This document shows positions 59,201 to 64,000 of a stretch of DNA of 64,000 nucleotides, piece after piece. A program made the translations under genes and the position numbers. The DNA comes from a virus (taxonomy: Duplodnaviria; Caudoviricetes). Within the stretch, counting starts at the first letter, position 1, and every line of letters starts with the position of its first letter. Under the pieces are notes generated by a model that was not told the DNA's origin, ran no database searches, and worked only from the letters and a program-made list of their open reading frames with translations. Location of the stretch: IMG/VR virus record IMGVR_UViG_3300030433_002104, positions 32,001 through 96,000 of that record; one strand, given 5' to 3'.

Positions 59201-61673
59201 CAGAGAATAGACTTGAGTTTTGGAATCGTAAGCCTATATTTTCTATATGATGAGTGCCATAATTAGAAGTTAGAGTACCAGTAAGTGTTCCTGCTCTTGG
59301 TAAAATACTTGTGCCGTTATCATAGTTAAAGTCAAAGTAGCCAGATACAAATGGGCTGTCTAGGTAATTCTTTTCGTAGCCAAGGCCAAACGCTGGGGCA
59401 AACGGCGTCGTTGCCTCACCCTCAATTCCTCGCCACCTTCTGGAATAATTAGATTTGAGTGTATCTGGAGTTTTGAAGCCGTGTGGAATACTTGCTATTT
59501 GTGAGAGAGGGGCAAAGCCAGAGCCAGTATTTAGCATTGAGTCAGAAGACTGTCTGCTAGTTGGATATAATTTTAATTCTTCACCAACCTTATTAGCATA
59601 TACCTGTATGCCCTCATAGCCAATGGTATGTAGCTTCATTGCGTGAGATGGTGCAAAGTTTACTACAAGTTTTATATCGGAGATTGATGCACCGCTTGGG
59701 AGTGGATAAATGTCTAGATTTATCTTCTCAAAGTATGAACTAGATGTGTAGTCATTTGAAACACCAAGAGTTACTGTATCAGCATATACTTTTAGAGGTA
59801 TTTCATATTCTGCAAAGCTAGTTGTATTAACGACAGGAGAAGGCAGTTTGTAGTGATCGCCACCGGCATTATTTGTGAGATTGGTTTCAAAGTATTCATC
59901 TGCACTAGATGGGGTCTCAGCAGAAATTGCACTTACATTAGAAGATAAGTTTCCAGTGGTAGTAGGTATAGTACCTGTACCCTCTGTGTTCTGCAAAAAT
60001 CCACCAGAAGCATTGGTAATATTTAATATCTTGTCATCGCTGTAGCCAACAACGTCTATTGCATAATCTCTAGATCCGACTGCTTTCTTAGCTGTAACCT
60101 TGAGAGAGACAGAATCAACAACAAAGAAGTTGTCAAAGATTGGAAGCGGGCCTTTGCCTGCTGTTTTGAAAGCGCCGCTAATTGGAACACCAAAACCAAA
60201 CTCCCCATCCATAAGGCCAAATACGCCCTTTGGTGTTTTGTGGCCAAACTCAAGAATTAGTTTGCCAGAATCTACAACTCCAAACGTAGATTGCAGATTA
60301 ATATAATCGCCGGTCGCTTCATTAGTAAGTACGTCTAATAATTTAGAAGCGCCTGTTGTGGTCTCATTAGTATAAGTAGAAGTGCCATCTTGCCAAACGC
60401 TACTAGATGTTGGATATATGCCAGTATCAAATGTAGCTAACTTAAACTGTGTTGGCTTAATCTCTCTTTGGAGTCGTGTACCAGTTGGCTCGACTTCCAA
60501 AAACATATTGAACTTTTGACCAACTCTAACATCGTATGCTCCACTATTACATATCTCTATAGCAGATATTCTAATAGAGTTGTTGGGATTTATATAACCT
60601 TGGAACGTAGTTCCTAAAGGTGAAGCTCCAATGCCTAAATAGTCATCATTGCCAATAACCGTTGGGTCATAGCCTAGATCATTTTCTTCAAATCCAAGGT
60701 CAAAACCCTCGTCAAAAGGATCGTCGAAATCATGTACTGTTACATCAATGTTTAATGTATATCCACTATCATCATTCAGCTTAGGAAAAAGATCGTCCCA
60801 AGTGTTTAAGGCAAACCTGTTCTCTGTGGGTTGAGCTACATACGTGGCCCAGTTTTTATTTGTTCCGGTTGAGAAGTCAGCATCACCGCGAACTACAATA
60901 TCCTCATATTTAATAATAAGATTGCCAGCAGGATCTTCTAGCTTCATATTATTCAGCGTATATTGAGGAGGAGTTTGGCTGACTCTATTTTCTATTGGAG
61001 CTGTCGCCCTGATAACTAAGCTACTATGCTCAGCAGTGATAGGCTTTGCAACTTCACATTTGTATCTGAATATACCTTCTGTCTGCACAGCGGAAGGCGT
61101 TATGAACGTAGCATTATCGTCTGATAGTATATTACTAATACCGCCCTGAAGATCATAATCTCCAGTATAAACACCTTCATCAATACTTGCATATAGGTTG
61201 CCACTTTGTATTAATTCGTTTACAAAATAGCTACCACTCATCACAGTTTCTATATCGCCAATAGGATATAATTTTTGTGAGCAAAGATAGTCTTTAAATG
61301 TTCCGTGAAATTTATCTGCTGTGACTTCAATATCAGTTATTGCTGAAAGTAACTGGTTTATACCATAGTCGGCGTTGGTATTGGCTGTAATTTCTACCTC
61401 TGCGGTAGGCTTGCCAAACAGTTGCAAGTCTCCAGTCAATCTAGGCAATCTGATCTGCTTACGCGGCTCTTCTACTGTAGTCTGTAGATAATTATTTGTG
61501 TCTAGCGTGGCAGAAAAATTTACTTCTTTTTTAAGAGGTGCCTCTATAGATGAACCTATGCTTATATTTTTAGCAATAAGCATTGTGGGTGCAGCACTAA
61601 GCTTCGCGCTTATAGAACCTGCGCTTGATGTCTCTTGTGATATTCTTTTTACACAAAGGCACTGTAGTGACAT
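50271..61673 (-). CDS. giant virion adhesin-like protein, 3800 aa (LamG-like domain, seven FG-GAP-like repeats)
   Basis: Uninterrupted 11.4 kb ORF; FSMFVRF...LVSKW LamG-like segment; seven (F/Y/L)G.SV...VG(A/S/T)P repeats. Confidence 0.72.
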   Translation of the reverse strand: MSLQCLCVKRISQETSSAGSISAKLSAAPTMLIAKNISIGSSIEAPLKKEVNFSATLDTNNYLQTTVEEPRKQIRLPRLTGDLQLFGKPTAEVEITANTNADYGINQLLSAITDIEVTADKFHGTFKDYLCSQKLYPIGDIETVMSGSYFVNELIQSGNLYASIDEGVYTGDYDLQGGISNILSDDNATFITPSAVQTEGIFRYKCEVAKPITAEHSSLVIRATAPIENRVSQTPPQYTLNNMKLEDPAGNLIIKYEDIVVRGDADFSTGTNKNWATYVAQPTENRFALNTWDDLFPKLNDDSGYTLNIDVTVHDFDDPFDEGFDLGFEENDLGYDPTVIGNDDYLGIGASPLGTTFQGYINPNNSIRISAIEICNSGAYDVRVGQKFNMFLEVEPTGTRLQREIKPTQFKLATFDTGIYPTSSSVWQDGTSTYTNETTTGASKLLDVLTNEATGDYINLQSTFGVVDSGKLILEFGHKTPKGVFGLMDGEFGFGVPISGAFKTAGKGPLPIFDNFFVVDSVSLKVTAKKAVGSRDYAIDVVGYSDDKILNITNASGGFLQNTEGTGTIPTTTGNLSSNVSAISAETPSSADEYFETNLTNNAGGDHYKLPSPVVNTTSFAEYEIPLKVYADTVTLGVSNDYTSSSYFEKINLDIYPLPSGASISDIKLVVNFAPSHAMKLHTIGYEGIQVYANKVGEELKLYPTSRQSSDSMLNTGSGFAPLSQIASIPHGFKTPDTLKSNYSRRWRGIEGEATTPFAPAFGLGYEKNYLDSPFVSGYFDFNYDNGTSILPRAGTLTGTLTSNYGTHHIENIGLRFQNSSLFSAELPSHTHSYETIDWTALANGGDNFQSHELYGRISDGFNNAVRLSGVNSYIDFGDVDIDQAFSMFVRFSPDASVSGSSYDLFQSGVLVSKWDNGKDLEFMLAYENDLLTFIAKGTNGTTYKVTDTVEYSGYYFPLSVIATYQSGDPYPLKLYTDNESIPSWNTLRASGGAGLELNLGTSTLKLGNSPGSGVGMNMFVTDFGLSNEENIKDPTVTPQLDKYQVNAASFLENHRLKFWHSGEAYTSDDYKLWDRLNEDTRNWTLGAFKYGNFSPAFDSFTKREGRDFVRFNIKHDGVSYIDKSDNAMPVNVSSGVAYHTQIENDFLRFNLTDSHDRFHSIGPRISKELPRGYSFSERALVVESVIEHVTNNDIVWSDGKVGPKLIVSLYTKNQEPSHYATENFGLVNRAIHYLEPSGFIHRIDSTFDYDSLTDTSESWAVYPTGRHLTEMGHKYDANDIDKMFLQYDLVYPSGGAFESRLDIHSAHIRLEHGYLKSSGIHAAGMSGIIMHTSGELRPRETMNLHFLGSSGIDNLWGTVGTSGMFLHTMYSPTGVSGTMNIAISGRNASADGLMNLHLASISGLSGNLNMFVSGEARAFTQINAYLHNTFEMSSGSLPLTMFTPALSGFQSRMPLSVFSVSKPSFSSSGSVILHANGSEPLENRFPSGTMGVTLFAPQTPSSNLNLFLSNIALSQSASGTSILHTTSYALDSGVNFFKWDGTNFGKEITVDDNTFASKPADDEIRGVDIICHGSCGSSSTDKCNESKVVSHETQWLGEECVEGGIFRAERTYTNLAYSYSGDYYGIRKYDGLSPDTAYQVTLKGETGSTEAITPPREWEEWEYGTNEDLNFSGVKLVGDYPHPLSNFGRNLGDSYGKAVSVSDKIMLVGAPKHQLDVNGSGALEDAGAVFAYVRETTPSGGIKHDWKFDKKLVLPSGYRDAYYKADPSGAFVAGSYVETRAWQVGQKGREFGHSVAIASSGDREVAVVGAPGAIWSGVFDEIEVSGVTLGAIVITDEFNPKPLNIKQITDKIAAKNQVLRYYADPAVEIDIKLIVCETKPFSTDLSALPSWVIHQKIDRNGVDGATTSSILSGIKEGFNKAFPYDGNLAYSGLPPILGIYVDPTPSFGRESVEPAIDQFKGYYQDYTFASGIVNWYGEQSSGVVHEHFLTDDERDPEGNIPDDWTHYATTVINDILDSGILDVTGGSGLLASGIGPEFVNAELAEFNTPAESGGRVYVYERIASGTWDLTQEIKSPAEALGVPVDRFGHSVAISENCEVITIGSPYLTEKNCMVFEYKPENAAKIYEHLVSWLTDKGTYASELSNYNAYAAVSGADAAARKVFTELSDTDRFEYRRDKDFFKSVGVVVPQSGDMAIEEYSNIYNYGYNDINYTGTWGFVAEELTGSSRLGYSVAVNEDGTMVAVGAPTDSFNVNDDTNVYFRPSGYLGYGFPPDSTTYTALDGWASTTNTGAVRVFESRKYHPHSGVVEYYKFGNLHRSLNPHLEASGTFDLSGIFNGVNRSFTRTAFTDISIPTDAGLAFIITPEVDAASDEIIGQIKNWMALGDRTLVLVGNDPVWENGGVYSKSNDILNEILEKLGSEMRLHPARNRHESLYNCPESGKPNTIIAKDPQYSRDSKISRGGIYAKGVADIRMNIPEWDNIVARFGDAYTGECDSLNKACPIPMLSNGDLRAQKAIECADEKGRKIKEYINWPWVFGNGSAGCDPKSDLQGVIARPNQEPKPLVAAAERIPASSIVYPSFEKITMVPVYEKRTTEKNTTVTTYSFSDNPIGKAFELIEPEDSGITTFNQVNYIDPDAYLGRDAVIQAIGSTKSDTIEENKEVINQSPVAAEQNWAYLDKLSKVVLIASVTSEERENLYAGNDESILFYTNLVRKACPDKKSRIAQLGGWTGRTSFKSAKDDSVIKVMLESKGHGISENVEGVINNFYDVGWIANPNGFASEEDIENIKDFLNQGNKTLVITYDVDQSIARYVDVLCSDLGLDMKPLYLNNLKKYATIGQDSMRGANNQVLNSASEVIKGCKTDHVVKNFYIDSSQTTGDFIPIKVEGSASYVVRSTLAIRDIETRTETIWQVKGGVATLTAPVLAGSGYRLYYNWVSEDDTEAFPIRLFADSVNVSPDPNEEDTFGVSLTDFDENDKPFTVSENVTSSGTMSKTPIGRVKSGFIDFRMPAISNSLSVYFDSNDLNAGDKDDFNYTPSTVRLVSVSGCLLPITSKTETKTTTETKNVLVGWKKVIEVVPERVVTIPEKFQAIKTDASKYCDSGVKISSCGETTIADGPVIIAEEVEKFSTFPAGSSRSRIVLVSDATLIQNDCLGRTEEQDEFIRSLYPEDLDNNNFAIDSYQNLDGRNFEHTQKIKAPELGSPYRFYAASGLEGLGVLFDGVSVRPSSQTFDEPINPSVASIARPTPPEKEGDRKKEISKFYSRVSDLTGGAPLFSGSPHSSDIDAKIAGGLPSVMLASGYDYLNSDVFQSGYPGDLFGFSIDLSNNDLVVGTPYNGYKGETVEEWSSLTFFGEDEAGVVSGIELCGKGGAGAVFHFERTGSGVSSDGGYEPWEYKNKIKPSSINVGIVNFTSLVDAAVLLGTNNYDGTDLSNMMISPDEFGYSVSMDADFLVVGAPKHNYENYHEHVYDSGMFIRKAFGAAFDIPTHNVYDLGTSGVRVDDLTNSGTTVLNNGAVFTFENKLKSWKTGEKEWKYAEKIVAQGNNARKQKSYTSDPSPVAISGSESDHFGESVALYRAKRTDSDYTLAVGAPHHMFASGNVASDEPVLEAGAAYTYDAMLREQPKITPQAGSFIEAKVYGSNSGISNVGLIINQPVSGTPVNYSASGLIYSNSQGEIFLEASGRDMSGDKAFVKHRPYIVSVQGLVPEGTTKFSALNVYISGKPFDTSGNINLYMQGPESASVYNTVGLHTASANLSSGTMNMALWNPSGISVSGSMNLHISGTVINTGRMNMRIRGK

Positions 61674-61688
61674 TTATTAATCCTTTAG

Positions 61689-64000
61689 TTATACTAAACT
61701 TTCGCTAAAAGAAGCGTTACCTGACTCGTCAAACCTGAGCGTTTTGATTTTCTCTCCGACATCTGCCATTAACTCTCCCTTTAACTCTTCCTTAAGTCCT
61801 GATAGGAAACTTCCACCATTTAGATTAACATTAACATTTGTAGTATCAAGTTTAATCTGGAACTTGGTGTTTTGTAATTTTTCTATGTTCTGAGCTAAAC
61901 TAGTATTAAATGTATTTAATCCCGTAATTAATTGTTTTACAACGTTTGGATCAATACCTGCTCCCATTTGTCCGCCCGAACCAATAGCTTCACCATTATT
62001 CATTCTTCTTAAAAGACTTCTGTTGTTTCCGGCGTTAGCTCCTCTGTTATTCACTACAACCTCTCCCGGTGTCAACATGGCTGGGACGGTATCAGTTCCT
62101 CTAGGCTTGAATAATTCTATTCCGTCTTTAGCATATACAGTTCCACCTCTGCTTAGAAGTTGGGCATTTGCCTGTTGCAGTCCACTGCTAAACATCACAT
62201 TAGCGTTATCAATTGCTATCTGCGCTGATTGAACTTGCATCTCTGCCATTGTTGTTTGACCGTCTGCTATAGTAGAGAGAGTACCGGCCAATGCTCTGTT
62301 CTGTGCTTTTAGTGATTCTTCTTGCATTGTTGTTCCCGCTAATAATGCGGCCATCCTTGGGTCTTCTATACCTCTAGCTCCAAGCGCAGCTCCAGCGGCT
62401 CTTTCTGCCACTCCACCTTGACCACCAAGCGACTGACCAAAAATGCTCTGAACACCATCTTCTTGCATTTTTTGTACATTCTCAAATGCGCCAGCAACCC
62501 CTTCAATACCAAAGAGTGATTGGGCCATTGCTTCATTTCCGGTGGCAATAAGGGCTGTGGCTCCAACGGACATGCTGTCTTTAAGGAACTTCTCTAAATC
62601 GCCAGCGATAGCTGCTTCAAGAGATTCTTTCTCAAGCGCATTTTTCTTCTTGAGTATCTCAAGCTCTTCTCTGTTTAACTGAATAAGTTGTTTTGTTACG
62701 GCGGCAAGGTCTTTTTGAGCTGCTTGCAATTCCTTTCTTCTATCGGCATCCATGCCTGAGCCACCCGCAAATGCACCGGGCTGACGACCTCGTGTCTCAA
62801 GCTCAGCAAATTGAGCTGTGATGGCTTGGGACATAGCACCTAGTTCTGCAGCGCTTCCAGTTGTAAGCTCACCAAGACCCAATCGGCTCGTGGCCAAGTT
62901 CATCTTATCAAGAGTAGCCTGCTTTCGCATTTCGCCGGTAACTGCACTTCCTCCAAACTCAGCCATAATTTCAGCGGCTTCAAGGTGAGCATCAATAGCA
63001 GCCCGCTGAGCTACTAATAACTTGCCCTCCATGTCAATTCTTTTCTTGGTCATCTTAGCAATTGTAGCTTCGTGCTTTTCTATCGCTTTGAATGCATTAA
63101 CTGCACCTGTACCAAGAGTGGAGAGGCCCTTATTTGCATCTTCCAAGAACTTAGTAAAGTCAAAACTGCCGCTCTTTATCAGAGATAGTGCTTTTTCATC
63201 TAACTTGGCGATGGCAGCTAACATCTGTCTACCTATGTCGCTATCGCGATCAACACCAAGTGTGCCTAGTATTGTTGACTCTAGCTCACCCTTAACAGCC
63301 TCGTCAGTCATGCCGGCTGTAATGTTACCCTCAAGAGCCTTGACAGCCTCTGGAAGTTTAGACTGTGCATCTGCTACCTCTCTTAATATATCTGTCTGTC
63401 TATTGATAGCATCGACTACTGGGCCAGATCCAATTCCAGCATTTCCTAGCGCACCAAGAGCTTCTCCTCTTAATCTTTCTATATTAGCAGCACCATCACC
63501 CATCGCAAAGTTCTTCAGATTTTCTTCCAGCGTTTTGATAGCTGGGCCTAATCGACTAGAACCTGACTCAAGGGACTTGACAAAGTTTTCTACACCTAAA
63601 GAAGCGGCGTTAAATGTATTGGTTGCTATTGCCGCATCAAAGTTTGCTTTTGCTGCCTGAGCCGCAGCCTGCGCCAAATTGAATGCTGACTGTGCGGCAT
63701 CTTTAATCTCAGTGCTTAATCCTGCAGAACTATTTGTCAATTCTTGAACTATCGAATCTAAGTGCGCCTGATCTTTGGCAAGACCACCCATACTGGCAGC
63801 AGCACCTAATACAGCAGCATCTAGTTCTTTAGTCGCCTTTGCTTGCTCATCTGGATTAATAATGTTGGCAAGTAATTCCCTATTTCTCTTGAAGTTATTA
63901 GCTAGATCAGTCAGAGCTTGCCCAGTTACCTGACCAGCATTTTTTATTGCTTCTAGCTGTACTTTTTGCCTATCTTTAAGCGAAGTCATTTCAGCCTTAG
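61689..64000 (-). CDS. tail tape measure protein, C-terminal part (start lies beyond the window)
   Basis: Ala/Leu/Gln-rich helical sequence with C-terminal GGTVY...GTDTVPAMLTPGEVVVN motif; frame stays open to the window edge. Confidence 0.82.
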   Translation of the reverse strand, partial: KAEMTSLKDRQKVQLEAIKNAGQVTGQALTDLANNFKRNRELLANIINPDEQAKATKELDAAVLGAAASMGGLAKDQAHLDSIVQELTNSSAGLSTEIKDAAQSAFNLAQAAAQAAKANFDAAIATNTFNAASLGVENFVKSLESGSSRLGPAIKTLEENLKNFAMGDGAANIERLRGEALGALGNAGIGSGPVVDAINRQTDILREVADAQSKLPEAVKALEGNITAGMTDEAVKGELESTILGTLGVDRDSDIGRQMLAAIAKLDEKALSLIKSGSFDFTKFLEDANKGLSTLGTGAVNAFKAIEKHEATIAKMTKKRIDMEGKLLVAQRAAIDAHLEAAEIMAEFGGSAVTGEMRKQATLDKMNLATSRLGLGELTTGSAAELGAMSQAITAQFAELETRGRQPGAFAGGSGMDADRRKELQAAQKDLAAVTKQLIQLNREELEILKKKNALEKESLEAAIAGDLEKFLKDSMSVGATALIATGNEAMAQSLFGIEGVAGAFENVQKMQEDGVQSIFGQSLGGQGGVAERAAGAALGARGIEDPRMAALLAGTTMQEESLKAQNRALAGTLSTIADGQTTMAEMQVQSAQIAIDNANVMFSSGLQQANAQLLSRGGTVYAKDGIELFKPRGTDTVPAMLTPGEVVVNNRGANAGNNRSLLRRMNNGEAIGSGGQMGAGIDPNVVKQLITGLNTFNTSLAQNIEKLQNTKFQIKLDTTNVNVNLNGGSFLSGLKEELKGELMADVGEKIKTLRFDESGNASFSESLV

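Noticed and set aside
1043-63660. Numerous short opposite-strand or nested ORFs in the ORF track (e.g. 63022-63660 +, 21681-22088 -, 52144-52569 +)
   Set aside because: They lie within long motif-bearing genes, mostly antisense, have shadow-like Ser/Leu/Phe-rich composition and show no recognisable motifs.
1-64000. Stop-codon reassignment, tRNA genes or diversity-generating retroelement
   Set aside because: Long genes are intact in the standard code, with TAA, TAG and TGA all used as stops at tight gene junctions; no cloverleaf, reverse transcriptase or template/variable repeat pair was seen by eye.

Overview
This window looks like 64 kb of a large tailed dsDNA (jumbo-type) bacteriophage genome using the standard genetic code. 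Two Tat-signal DUF1501 genes point to a Planctomycetota/PVC-type host. Bases 1-36.7 kb are an almost gapless + strand block in four parts. (1) Recombination/replication genes: RecA, DnaB, DnaG, dNMP kinase, PD-(D/E)XK nucleases. (2) An accessory island: two DUF1501 proteins, a GT29 sialyltransferase-like gene with a CMP-sugar synthetase, a modular basic protein and a Cys-rich lipoprotein. (3) A DNA polymerase III alpha split into two genes with a DnaQ exonuclease between the halves, followed by SSB. (4) A ~17 kb, ~20-gene glycan biosynthesis cluster, then an endonuclease and a Rad52-like annealing protein. After a convergent hairpin pair at ~36.75 kb, the - strand carries very large virion/tail genes (240, 1802, 1681, 158, 581 and 3800 aa, plus the C-terminus of a tape measure protein). 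Best candidate for an undescribed system: phage-encoded virion glycosylation, linking the glycan cluster and sialyltransferase to Ser-Gly dipeptides that are visibly over-represented in several virion proteins (inference). I found no tRNA, rRNA, CRISPR array or intein. All family calls come from motif recognition by eye, not database searches.
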